From NCBI GenBank assembly GCA_963786955.1, contig CAWBAT010000005.1, forward strand, positions 1,120,001 through 1,184,000: 64,000 nucleotides of DNA. The letters are read 5' to 3'. This stretch comes from an uncultured Acidimicrobiia bacterium (GTDB lineage: Bacteria; Acidobacteriota; Terriglobia; Versatilivoradales; Versatilivoraceae). The translations under genes and the position numbers were made by a program. How positions within the stretch are numbered: the first letter of the stretch is position 1; the number at the start of each line of letters is the position of its first letter. Shown piece by piece: positions 24,158 to 33,899 of the stretch. The notes beneath the pieces were generated by a model. The model had not been told where the DNA came from, did not search any database, and was given only the letters and a program-made list of their open reading frames with translations.

Positions 24158-24970
24158 TCAGAGTCCCCAGTCTCGCAGATAATGGAAGTCATGCATGATG
24201 GATCGCGGAGAGAGTTTGCTGATAATGGGTCCGCGTCGTTTGAATTGAGAATTCTGAATTTTCTGAACAATTTTGTGGACAAATTCCTCTTTGAAGCCTT
24301 TCTGAATGAGGGTTTGGGGCCGAGACCGGTTATCAATAAGCTCATGGAGCAATTCATCCACTTCGGCGTATGTAAACCCCAACTCGTCTTCGTCGGATTG
24401 GCCAGCCCACAGATCTGCGGTTGGCTTTTTTTTCAGAATGGAGTCCGGAATACCCAGGTAGGCCGCCAACTGAAAGATATCTGTCTTATAAAGGTCGCCA
24501 ATAGGATTGATGGCCGAGGCCATGTCGCCGTAGAGAGTACCGTAGCCGAGAAGCAACTCGGTTTTATTGGAGGTTCCCAGGACGAGAGCCCGCTTTTCCA
24601 TGGACTTATCGAATAGGACAATCATGCGTGCCCGCGCCATGGCATTCCCGCGACGCAACGAACTGGCTTCCGGTTGTGAGGCAAAATAACCATCAATAAT
24701 AGGAGTAATCTCGATGATTTCACTGGAAACCTGCAATCGATCGACCACCGCCATGGCATCCGTGAGGCTCTCCTTGCTGCTGGTCTTGTACGGCATCAGA
24801 ATCGCATGAACACTCGTGGGGCCCAGCGCTCGCTCGGCCAGAACACAGGAAACGGCAGAATCAATGCCTCCGGAAAGCCCGACAACGATTCGGGAGAAAC
24901 CGGTTTTTCCCAGTTCATCGCGAATAAAGCTTTCAAGTACCTTGGCGGTCAATTCACAATTGATTCTCAT
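24158..24970 (-). CDS. nadE: NAD+ synthetase (synthetase domain only)
   Basis: GLSGGIDS, GTSNKTE..LGYGT.YGD and PTADLW.GQSDE. Confidence 0.95.
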   Translation of the reverse strand: MRINCELTAKVLESFIRDELGKTGFSRIVVGLSGGIDSAVSCVLAERALGPTSVHAILMPYKTSSKESLTDAMAVVDRLQVSSEIIEITPIIDGYFASQPEASSLRRGNAMARARMIVLFDKSMEKRALVLGTSNKTELLLGYGTLYGDMASAINPIGDLYKTDIFQLAAYLGIPDSILKKKPTADLWAGQSDEDELGFTYAEVDELLHELIDNRSRPQTLIQKGFKEEFVHKIVQKIQNSQFKRRGPIISKLSPRSIMHDFHYLRDWGL

Positions 24971-25829
24971 TGCGTTTACCTGCAATTCTTTGTAATTCCC
25001 TGAGAGTCAGATCGAGTCGCTCATCTCGAAGAACTGGCGTGAAGAGCCGTGCCCGCCGTACTTCTTCCAGGTCGAGCTCATAGAGCAGTAAATCCTCTTC
25101 GAAATACTTTGCCCGGGCAACAACCATGCCGGAGGGATCCACCACCATTGACCCTCCTGGGAAATGGGCTCCATCCTCAAAGCCCACGCGATTCACGTAG
25201 AGATTATAGACAGTTTGAAACTGGGCGGCGGTTTTAAGCAAATTTTCCCATCCTTCGGACGTTGCAAAAAGATTGTCTCCCCGAATGCCACGTCCGGGAC
25301 TACAGGAGGGCACGATAATTGCGCTGGCGCCTTCCAAAGCCAGGAGATGAATCGTGGAAGGATGCCACATGTCCTCACAGATCAAGATTCCTAATTCTCC
25401 CCATGCGGTCTGAAAGGTTCGAAGTGCCTCCCCCTGAGCGAAGAAGCGCTTTTCGTCAAACATGCCATAGGTGGGAAGATAAAGCTTTCGGTGAACGTGC
25501 CGTATCGTTCCTTCGCTTGCATACGCCGCGGAGTTATAAAAATTAAAGTTGTCAGAGAGTTCCACAAAGCCGAAGATGCAGGCAATGTTCTGAGCACGAT
25601 CCAGGAGAGGCTGAAGGACAGAGGTTTGGGACAAAGAAATCGCCAAATCAGGCACCAGGTCTTGGAGAATGTACCCAGTCAATGACAGTTCGGGAAAGAT
25701 AATCAGCTCGGCCCCCGCGGCCTGGGCACGATCGATCCAGGCACAATGAAGCTCGATGTTCGAGGATAAGTTCCCCAGCTTGGGTGATATCTGAGCTAAG
25801 GCAACAGGGAATCTGGTTTTCTTGATCAT
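24954..25829 (-). CDS. Carbon-nitrogen hydrolase, probable glutaminase partner of NadE
   Basis: FPELSLTGY, RKLYLPTYGMFDEKRFF and ICEDMW (E-K-C triad); overlaps the nadE start. Confidence 0.88.
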   Translation of the reverse strand: MIKKTRFPVALAQISPKLGNLSSNIELHCAWIDRAQAAGAELIIFPELSLTGYILQDLVPDLAISLSQTSVLQPLLDRAQNIACIFGFVELSDNFNFYNSAAYASEGTIRHVHRKLYLPTYGMFDEKRFFAQGEALRTFQTAWGELGILICEDMWHPSTIHLLALEGASAIIVPSCSPGRGIRGDNLFATSEGWENLLKTAAQFQTVYNLYVNRVGFEDGAHFPGGSMVVDPSGMVVARAKYFEEDLLLYELDLEEVRRARLFTPVLRDERLDLTLRELQRIAGKRNENQL

Positions 25830-25967
25830 TGGCTTGACATTAGGAAGCCTGGTTTAAGGAGCCGTTTCCCTTCACATCCAGTCACGGGATAGGTTCGGAC
25901 CCAACAATATCGATCCCTCGAGAATTTCCCTCGCAAGGAGAACCGAAACTTTCGCTATAATCTTGCC

Positions 25968-26759
25968 ATGAGGAAACATAAAAAAGCACTCACCATTTTA
26001 ATGTCTTGCTGCATCCCCTTCTTCTTGGTTGGCGTGTCCCAAGGATTTCAGCAAGATGATCTCACTGCAGATTTCGACGAAAGTCTCGATATCTTGAGCC
26101 ACACCATTGAAGCCATTACCTTAGACACGCTCAGCATGAAGAATCTTCGCTGTTTGGAAACGATCACGATTGATGAGTTCGACAAGAAAAACAATTTGAC
26201 ACAGCATCATGTGTATACAGGCCAATATGAGGTCATGCGCAAGATTAAACCAAGGTCAGCGGAACACATCGGCTTTACGGAGTCTCGCATCCCTGAATCC
26301 ATTGACGCCCCTCAACCCGACTTGACCAATTTTCCTTTAATCGAAAAACCTTTTACAGGAGAGCTCATCAAAAATTTCACGATTGAAAATCGAATCGGCA
26401 CGGATTTCAAAAAACTGCGGGAAGAAACCGTGGCAGGGCGTAAATGCCTGGTATTCGCATTTCAGACCGTTAAAGATGCCTCGCCCCTCAGCATTATTCT
26501 GGGAGGCACATCGCTACCTCTTCGTCAGCAAGGGATTATTTGGATTGATGAAAAAGCCCAAGAGATTGTTCGTATCAGTGCAACAATGAAAAAGTTACCT
26601 AAGGGAATGCAGTCCTATGACTACCTGGCCGAATTTAAGACACATCGGCTTTTTGGGAGGTCAATGGCTTTGCCAGAACAGATTGAAATCAAAGCCGCAT
26701 ATAAGGACAGGAAAACTCAAATTGTCCAACGATATGTCGATTTTCGAGAGAACCCTTAG
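25968..26759 (+). CDS. Hypothetical exported protein
   Basis: 263-aa ORF with a signal-peptide-like N-terminus. Confidence 0.75.
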   Translation: MRKHKKALTILMSCCIPFFLVGVSQGFQQDDLTADFDESLDILSHTIEAITLDTLSMKNLRCLETITIDEFDKKNNLTQHHVYTGQYEVMRKIKPRSAEHIGFTESRIPESIDAPQPDLTNFPLIEKPFTGELIKNFTIENRIGTDFKKLREETVAGRKCLVFAFQTVKDASPLSIILGGTSLPLRQQGIIWIDEKAQEIVRISATMKKLPKGMQSYDYLAEFKTHRLFGRSMALPEQIEIKAAYKDRKTQIVQRYVDFRENP

Positions 26760-26786
26760 ATTAAGGGGAAGCCCCCCAAAGCATTT

Positions 26787-27575
26787 TCACAGACTTTTTG
26801 GGGTCGTCTGATTCTGAATGGCAGGTTTTTTGGTAAAAATAGAAGAAAAAAATAACCAGGCAGCCGGCATAAGAATCAGGGAATAAGTGATAAAACGTCC
26901 ATATTTCCCGTCGGGGCCATAAGGCTCGGTTAATTGATGAAGCAAGTCACTGTTCGGGAGCAGGGAGGCCTCGGCCATTTCGTGGAATGAGTAAATGAGG
27001 AGTTGGATGACGAAGATAAAGAGGAAAATCGCGGTAACCTGAAAGAAACGGGTGAGGTTGATCCGATATCCAAAGCGCGTCCATAAGTAGGTCATGGTCG
27101 CTGCTGCCACGATTCCAAGCACAGCTCCTATGAACATCGGTCGAGTGGCTACCTGAAACATCAGTGAGCTCAAAAGCAAAGCCGTTTCAATTCCTTCTCG
27201 CGAGATCATCAATACGGTAAACACATAAACCGCAAGGTAAGCGCCCATTCCAGTGTCTTGCGATGAAGCTACTTCCAAATGATCTTCAATATCCTTCTTG
27301 ATGGTACGGCTGCTGCGCCACATATGCACCGTCAATGAGGCTACGAAAATGGCGGCGATCAAGGAAAAGATGGCTTCCCAAAAGGACTGATTGAAGGCGA
27401 CTTCATAGAGCAGGATGCCGGCCATTAGGCAAACCAAGACCGCTGTTGCAATCCCCCAGTAGACGGCTGACTGGAGCCTCTGGCGTCCGGTTTTTTTTAG
27501 GAAGGTGATACAGAGTCCAACAATGAGGAAAGCCTCCATTCCTTCCCTCAGTGTAATCACAAAACCTTGAAGCAC
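26787..27575 (-). CDS. FTR1-family iron permease
   Basis: Two RExxE motifs (REGMEA, REGIET); multiple TM segments. Confidence 0.9.
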   Translation of the reverse strand: MLQGFVITLREGMEAFLIVGLCITFLKKTGRQRLQSAVYWGIATAVLVCLMAGILLYEVAFNQSFWEAIFSLIAAIFVASLTVHMWRSSRTIKKDIEDHLEVASSQDTGMGAYLAVYVFTVLMISREGIETALLLSSLMFQVATRPMFIGAVLGIVAAATMTYLWTRFGYRINLTRFFQVTAIFLFIFVIQLLIYSFHEMAEASLLPNSDLLHQLTEPYGPDGKYGRFITYSLILMPAAWLFFSSIFTKKPAIQNQTTPKSL

Positions 27576-27597
27576 TCAAAACCTCTCCACTCGCGAG

Positions 27598-28710
27598 CTA
27601 TTTGATGGCGGGTTGCCCCGATCTTTTGAAAAAATGCGCCTCGGGTGATGCCGGAGGATGTGTTTCCTTTTCCACGATCAGTGTCTTTGAGATTTTGTCG
27701 TGCCAGGTCAGTCGGTCTTGGTCGAACACGGCCCACAAATAACCGAGTCCAAAACAACCGAGCGAAATGAGATATCCCAGAGTGCGCAGGCGAGATTCTT
27801 CCACTGAAATGGATTGCCCTTCAAAGTTGACCACCTGCAGCTGTTCATAATCCATACCAAGAGTTCGGCCACCCAATGCGGTAAAAAGATAATGGTACGA
27901 GACGAAGAAGATCACCCAAACCGTCACCAATGCCAACAAGGAAGGTTTTGTTAAGAGCTTGAATTCAGGAATAAATAAGATAATCAACAAGAAGAACAAG
28001 AAACAACCCGTGACAAATAGGCCATCGATTGCTCCGGCACGGATTCGTTCCGAAACACCCGCAGCCGCCAGGCCATTTCGAATCAATTCTTCCGGGGAGG
28101 TTGCATGACCCTCTTCGTAGGAATCGAAGGGGAGCGTCCCCTGATTCAAATCGATTTCAATTCGTTCGATTCGGTCTAATCTTCGGGTTTGGGGTCTAGA
28201 TATCGTATTCTTGGGGGAGGCAGGTGGAGCCACTGACGCTGGCTCCACAAAGCCAGTTTCCAATTCCTTATCGGGGAGCACGGTCACTGCCCGTTGCACC
28301 TGTTCCAGCTTCTGAAGAGTTCTCTTTGCGAGAGGATGCATTTCGGCGTTCTCTGAGCTAACGACCGAGAGTGGAATTTCTTCTGACCGTTCTTGACCGG
28401 GTCTCACGAATTCCCGATTGCGTAACGATTCCACCAGTTCAAGTGGGGGATTCTTATCGGCTTCCGAGGTTCTGACCTTAATTTCTTCAAGCTTCAAGTT
28501 AAGCTGATTCCGCCAACCCTCGTTTTCGTGGGAAGGGGCATTCTGTGGACCGAAGGAATTCATGGCTGCAGAGATTAGTTTCGCTTTTCGCAAAGTGACG
28601 ACGTTCTTTGGCGGTATGACAGCTGGGATAGCGGTCTCGATGGAAGATCTACAATGAATGCAAACCTGCGCCGTGGGTACATTCAAGAGGCCACAGATTG
28701 GGCAATTCAT
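27598..28710 (-). CDS. RDD-family membrane protein with N-terminal zinc ribbon
   Basis: CPICG..CIHC at the N-terminus; RIRAGAID, GRTLG and WHDKISKT at the C-terminus. Confidence 0.82.
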   Translation of the reverse strand: MNCPICGLLNVPTAQVCIHCRSSIETAIPAVIPPKNVVTLRKAKLISAAMNSFGPQNAPSHENEGWRNQLNLKLEEIKVRTSEADKNPPLELVESLRNREFVRPGQERSEEIPLSVVSSENAEMHPLAKRTLQKLEQVQRAVTVLPDKELETGFVEPASVAPPASPKNTISRPQTRRLDRIERIEIDLNQGTLPFDSYEEGHATSPEELIRNGLAAAGVSERIRAGAIDGLFVTGCFLFFLLIILFIPEFKLLTKPSLLALVTVWVIFFVSYHYLFTALGGRTLGMDYEQLQVVNFEGQSISVEESRLRTLGYLISLGCFGLGYLWAVFDQDRLTWHDKISKTLIVEKETHPPASPEAHFFKRSGQPAIK

Positions 28711-28839
28711 GGATTTCAACTTGGCACGCACAAAGTTGGAATGGACAAATTCAGGCTTGATGTATCCTTAATTGCAGCCCCCACCAGGCAAAGGATTCTA
28801 CGAATGTCATGGTAACAAAAGCCCTAGAACGTCGCAATA

Positions 28840-28868
28840 TTGAATTGTCCATCCCCCCATGTTAGATT
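28840..28868 (+). promoter_or_regulatory. sigma70-type promoter
   Basis: TTGAAT-17 nt-TAGATT with TG extension. Confidence 0.65.
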
Positions 28869-28872
28869 AGCG

Positions 28873-29050
28873 AGAATAGCCGTGAGGAGGATGTGCCTCC
28901 CCGTTGATCAGGTGACTGAGTTATCGATTCCCAGGCCACGATTGATTGGTTTGGGCAAGGTACTCGTTTGAGTTTAAGTAATCACAATTAAAAATGAATG
29001 GGGCGCGCGCTCTCTCACTTCTAATCCCCACGCAACGGTTCCGAGATTCT
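28873..29050 (+). ncRNA. Candidate 6S RNA-like structured RNA
   Basis: Pairings GTGAGGAG/CTCTCTCAC and CCCCGTT/AATGGGG, an A-rich central bubble and apical stem CCCAGGCCA/TGGTTTGGG; ~178 nt directly behind a promoter. Confidence 0.5.
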
Positions 29051-29065
29051 TATTGAGATTCAGAA

Positions 29066-31396
29066 TTGCCATCTGACCACTGTCCTCAAAGAACTTTAAT
29101 TCTGAGAAAGCTCACGGGCCGGGGAAGCCTTTTATTCAAGCGAGGCCCCAGCAGGACCGAGCAGGCGTATTATTGGGGAGGATGCTTTCTGTTTTGTGCG
29201 TGGGTGATTCTCCTGTTGTGGCCGTTCCAGCTTAGCGCGGAAGGGCAGAATCCGATAGCGGCGACGACAGTGCAGCCGCCTTCGATATCGTCCCCTCCAC
29301 CTGGGAGTGATGAAGTCACCATTCAAGCGGAGACCCAAACCCGATTGGGCAAGCATGACTATCAGGCCAAAGGGAAAGTGGAAGTCCGATATCAAGACAT
29401 GCTTTTGAGGGCAGATGAAGTCTGGGGAAATGATGAAACCCATGAAGTGGAAGGACAGGGCAATGTTTATTTTGAGCAGGGTACTCAAAAAGTTTGGGGG
29501 GAGAGATTTAAATTTAACTTTTTCAGCAAAACGGGGGCCTTCTACCGGGCGAAAGGCAGGGTTGATCCCGGATTCTTGTTTGATGCTGAGGAAGTCGATA
29601 AGCTGGCTGATGATCAATATCGGGTTCTTAAAGGAATCGTCACAGCCTGCGAAGAAAAAGTCCCTAAGTGGACCTTCCATGTCGAAGAGGCGATCATACG
29701 GAAAGAGCACAACGCCAAGCTCAAGCAGACGGTCTTTCGGATTAAGAAAATTCCTTTACTTTATAGCCCTTACCTCATCACGCCAACCGACCAATTAAAG
29801 CGACAGACGGGGTTTCTTATTCCCGTTACAGGCAACTCGTCTGATAAAGGAAGGATGTTTGGGGATGCCTTTTATTTGACTCTTGGGCGAAGTGCTGATG
29901 TATTGACCCAAGCCGAGTACTTCTCCCTGCGGGGGTGGGGTGGCGCGGTTGAATTTAATGCCAGGCCAAACGAAAAAACCCGCATCTTTGCCAGGGAATT
30001 CTTCGTATCCGATCGGCTGGGGAACGGCGGCCAACTCACCCGTATCCTTGCAGACACCACCTCTGAGAAAGGCTACCATGCGGCAGCGGACATCTTCGCA
30101 ACCAGTTCCCAAAATTTCCTGCAAACCTGGTCCAACTCCTTTTCGACGCTTACCCGACCTGACGAGGTATCATCCGCTTTTTTAACCAAAGACAGTCCCG
30201 ATTTCAGCTTGAACGTATTTGGTGAAAGGCGTTTAACCCTGTACCCTGTTAAACCAGTGACAACTCGCACCCTTCCTAGCTTTGACTTGTTTGGCCTGAA
30301 TCGCCAAATCAAGGAATGGCCATTCTTTTGGTCCTTTGATACTGCCGTCGAAGGCTTAAGCCGAATAGACCAATACATCACCACGTCTCCGCTGGTACAA
30401 CGGTTTGACTTCTATCCGCGTTTAACCATCCCCCTCAGGAAGTTCTCGCTCTTTAATTTCACTTCATCTTTCGGATTCCGAGAGACCTTTTACTCAGAAA
30501 GAATGGATCCCGAGTCAAGCACAGGAGTTTCACCCCAGCATTTGACTCGAACGTCCTTTGATTTTCAGGGTCGGCTCGACGGCCCGAGCTTTGAAAAAAT
30601 CTTCAACGTTGGTGGCAAGCAGGTTAAACACGTTATTGAACCTGAGGTCACCTACCGTTTTGTGAATGGGGTTAGTGATTTTGCTGAGATCATCCGATTT
30701 GATGAAAGAGATGTGCTTGCGGACACAAGTGAAGTGGAGTACGACCTGACGAACCGGTTCTTTTCGAAGCGTAAGATGTCAGATGGCAGCATGACAACCA
30801 GTGAAGTCTTGTCTATCCGGATAGGCCAAAGATATTTCTTTGAGCCCACGTTTGGTGGTGCACTCGTGCCGGGCCAGCGAAACGTTTTCTCTCCGTTGGA
30901 TGGGTTGACGGCATTTGCCTTTGAAAATGAGGTGAGGAATTACTCACCGGTCATTTTGCGTGTTCGATACACTCCTGTGGAACGATATGCGGTAGACTTC
31001 AGGATGGATTATGACCCGGTGGTCCGTATGTTCAGGGCTAGCAGCCTTTCGGGTAGCGCCTATTTGAGCAAGGGCTTTATTTCCCTCAGTTACTACAATA
31101 CGCCAAATCTTCCCCCTAATCAGTATGCGTCAAACCAGGTCCGAGCAACCATTGGCTACGGCAACTCTTTGAGGCAGGGGTTTAACGCGGCGTTCGGTGT
31201 CGACTACGATTTCACGACAAGCCAGTTACAGCACAGTGTTTCGCAGTTGACTTACAACTGGGATTGTTGCGGAGTATCACTGGAATATATGCAATACAAT
31301 TTTGGAATTCGTCAAGAGAATGCCATCCGTTTTAGCTTCTCGTTGAAAAACATCGGGTCGTTCGGAAACATCCGAAAGCAAGAGCGGTTGTTCTAA
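29066..31396 (+). CDS. lptD: LPS-assembly protein LptD
   Basis: OstA-like N-domain, RQTGFLIP, KHVIEP and C-terminal YNWDCCG..SLKNIGSFG. Start uncertain. Confidence 0.85.
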   Translation: MPSDHCPQRTLILRKLTGRGSLLFKRGPSRTEQAYYWGGCFLFCAWVILLLWPFQLSAEGQNPIAATTVQPPSISSPPPGSDEVTIQAETQTRLGKHDYQAKGKVEVRYQDMLLRADEVWGNDETHEVEGQGNVYFEQGTQKVWGERFKFNFFSKTGAFYRAKGRVDPGFLFDAEEVDKLADDQYRVLKGIVTACEEKVPKWTFHVEEAIIRKEHNAKLKQTVFRIKKIPLLYSPYLITPTDQLKRQTGFLIPVTGNSSDKGRMFGDAFYLTLGRSADVLTQAEYFSLRGWGGAVEFNARPNEKTRIFAREFFVSDRLGNGGQLTRILADTTSEKGYHAAADIFATSSQNFLQTWSNSFSTLTRPDEVSSAFLTKDSPDFSLNVFGERRLTLYPVKPVTTRTLPSFDLFGLNRQIKEWPFFWSFDTAVEGLSRIDQYITTSPLVQRFDFYPRLTIPLRKFSLFNFTSSFGFRETFYSERMDPESSTGVSPQHLTRTSFDFQGRLDGPSFEKIFNVGGKQVKHVIEPEVTYRFVNGVSDFAEIIRFDERDVLADTSEVEYDLTNRFFSKRKMSDGSMTTSEVLSIRIGQRYFFEPTFGGALVPGQRNVFSPLDGLTAFAFENEVRNYSPVILRVRYTPVERYAVDFRMDYDPVVRMFRASSLSGSAYLSKGFISLSYYNTPNLPPNQYASNQVRATIGYGNSLRQGFNAAFGVDYDFTTSQLQHSVSQLTYNWDCCGVSLEYMQYNFGIRQENAIRFSFSLKNIGSFGNIRKQERLF

Positions 31397-31458
31397 TGTT
31401 GAATATAAGAGTGGCCTAGATCACAATCCCAATGGTTTGTAGGTGAGGGGAGAATTTC

Positions 31459-32430
31459 ATGGATACGCCCTATTATCGACCCCGCCGTCTGCGGAGAACC
31501 GAGACCCTCCGCTCTATGGTTCGGGAAACACGACTTGCAGTGGAGAATTTTGTTTATCCCTTATTTGTCTGTCCGGGGGAAAAAGTTAAGAAGGGAATCT
31601 CCTCGATGCCCGGCAATTACAACATGTCGGTCGATGAGATTCTCAAGGAATGCACACTGGTTCAGTCGTTGGGAATTCCTGCGGTTTTGCTGTTTGGCTT
31701 GCCACCCCACAAAGATGAAAACGCCTCAGGGGCGCATGCCGATGACGGAATCATCCAACAGGCGGTGCGAGCCATCAAAGCTTCCGTCTCGGGGTTACTC
31801 GTCATCACCGATGTATGCCTTTGTGAATATACGTCGCATGGTCATTGCGGCAGAATTCGGGATGGAGATGTCCACAATGATCAGACTCTCCCCTTATTGG
31901 CAGCAACGGCCTTGTCCCATGCCCGGGCAGGAGCTGATGTGGTTGCACCCTCCGATATGATGGATGGGCGCATTCGGGCGATTCGCAGGGTCCTCGATGA
32001 GAATGAATTTGAAAATACGCCGATTCTTTCCTATGCGGCCAAGTACGCATCCGCTTTCTATGGACCGTTTCGCGAAGCAGCCGATTCCGCCCCGCAATTT
32101 GGCGATCGACGCTCGTATCAGATGGATCCGCCCAACCAGCGCGAGGCTATTCGGGAAGTCGCACTGGATATTGAAGAAGGCGCCGACATGGTGATGGTCA
32201 AGCCAGCAATGCCCTACCTGGATGTCATTTATCGGGTGAAAACAGAATTTCAAGTGCCCGTCGCGGCCTACCAGGTCAGCGGAGAATATGCCTCGTTAGT
32301 CGCTGCCCAGCAGAATGGCTGGCTGGATAAAGACCGGACAATTTTGGAATCGCTAACGTGTATTAAACGGGCGGGTGCGGATCTGATCATTACTTATTTC
32401 GCCAAAGAAGCAGCTCGTCTTCTGGGCTGA
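31459..32430 (+). CDS. hemB: Porphobilinogen synthase
   Basis: [20 protein letters not shown] and [10 protein letters not shown]. Confidence 0.97.
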   Translation: MDTPYYRPRRLRRTETLRSMVRETRLAVENFVYPLFVCPGEKVKKGISSMPGNYNMSVDEILKECTLVQSLGIPAVLLFGLPPHKDENASGAHADDGIIQQAVRAIKASVSGLLVITDVCLCEYTSHGHCGRIRDGDVHNDQTLPLLAATALSHARAGADVVAPSDMMDGRIRAIRRVLDENEFENTPILSYAAKYASAFYGPFREAADSAPQFGDRRSYQMDPPNQREAIREVALDIEEGADMVMVKPAMPYLDVIYRVKTEFQVPVAAYQVSGEYASLVAAQQNGWLDKDRTILESLTCIKRAGADLIITYFAKEAARLLG

Positions 32431-32445
32431 AAAGAGAGAGGGAGA

Positions 32446-33771
32446 GTGTTCGAAAAATCCAAACAACTCTATGACAAAGCCCAGCAACTTATTCCCGGTG
32501 GTGTGAATTCTCCCGTTCGCGCCTTTAAGGCAGTGGGAGGCCATCCGCTCTTCATTTCTAAAGGTGCCGGATCCAAGATTTTTGATGTTGATGGGAATGA
32601 GTTTATTGATTACGTCGGTTCATGGGGGCCCCTCATCCTTGGACATTGTCACCCGGAAGTGATGGAAGCCTTAGCCATTGTGCTAGAGACGGGGACAAGT
32701 TATGGGGCCCCTACCGAACGCGAGATTGAATTAGCTGAGTTAATTACCCAGGCCTTTCCTTCCATTGAAAAGGTCAGGCTGACCAACTCCGGGACGGAAA
32801 GCACTATGGCCTTGCTCCGGCTGGCACGCGGATATACCGGTCGGTCCATGATCCTGAAGTTTGAAGGTTGTTATCACGGCCACGGCGACAGCCTGCTTGT
32901 CAAAGCGGGTTCCGGAGTTGCCACATTGGGACTGCCGGATAGTCCAGGTGTGCCTGCCGAATTAGCTCGGCTGACCCTCACCTGCCCATTTAATGATCTG
33001 AACAGCGTCAAAGAAGCCTTTTCCCTGCATGGCAAAAACATCGCTGCAGTAATTGTTGAGCCTGTTGTCGGCAACATGGGATGTGTCCCCCCTCAACCCG
33101 GTTTTCTGCAAGGACTACGCAGTTTCACCACAGCGAATGGCAGTCTGCTCATTTTTGATGAAGTTATGACGGGATTTCGCGTTGCCTATGGAGGAGCTCA
33201 GGAGTTATATGGTGTCAACCCCGACCTGACCGCCCTGGGGAAGATCATCGGCGGCGGGCTGCCCGTCGGAGCCTACGGGGGGAAGCGCGACATTATGGAT
33301 CAGGTGGCTCCTGTAGGACCCGTCTATCAAGCAGGCACCTTATCGGGCAATCCTCTGGCGGTCACGGCCGGCATTATGACCCTCAAGCTCTTGAGGAGAG
33401 AAGGGACTTACCGGCGGCTAGAAGAACGATCGAGAAAGCTCTCTCAAGGCATGTTGGATGCGGCAGAGAAAGCCGGCATACCGGTCCTAGCCAATCGGGT
33501 GGGGTCGATGTTTACGCTGTTCTTTACCGCTCCCCAGGCCCCTCTATCCTCAGAGCCAGCCCGGCAAGGCGGTGTAAAAGCCGTCAGCAATTGGACAATG
33601 GCCAAGCAATCGGATACTAAGAAATTTGCCCGCTTCTTCTGGGCCATGCTAGAAAATGGCGTTTATCTGGCACCCAGCCAGTTTGAAGCAGGCTTCCTTT
33701 CCACGGCCCACAGCGACGAAGACATTGACAAGACGGTGGAAGCCGCCAGAAAAGCGTTTGGCTTGATCTGA
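32446..33771 (+). CDS. hemL: Glutamate-1-semialdehyde 2,1-aminomutase
   Basis: [20 protein letters not shown] and [15 protein letters not shown]. Confidence 0.97.
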   Translation: MFEKSKQLYDKAQQLIPGGVNSPVRAFKAVGGHPLFISKGAGSKIFDVDGNEFIDYVGSWGPLILGHCHPEVMEALAIVLETGTSYGAPTEREIELAELITQAFPSIEKVRLTNSGTESTMALLRLARGYTGRSMILKFEGCYHGHGDSLLVKAGSGVATLGLPDSPGVPAELARLTLTCPFNDLNSVKEAFSLHGKNIAAVIVEPVVGNMGCVPPQPGFLQGLRSFTTANGSLLIFDEVMTGFRVAYGGAQELYGVNPDLTALGKIIGGGLPVGAYGGKRDIMDQVAPVGPVYQAGTLSGNPLAVTAGIMTLKLLRREGTYRRLEERSRKLSQGMLDAAEKAGIPVLANRVGSMFTLFFTAPQAPLSSEPARQGGVKAVSNWTMAKQSDTKKFARFFWAMLENGVYLAPSQFEAGFLSTAHSDEDIDKTVEAARKAFGLI

Positions 33772-33899
33772 CCTTAACCTTCACGCTCCCTTCTTATTTC
33801 CGGAGGGACGAAGGAATAACTTAAGAAGTACCGCCTTAAGCTTCATAACTTCTCCTGCCTTCTCAAGGGAGTAATGCATTATCTCTGTAAAACACCCCT

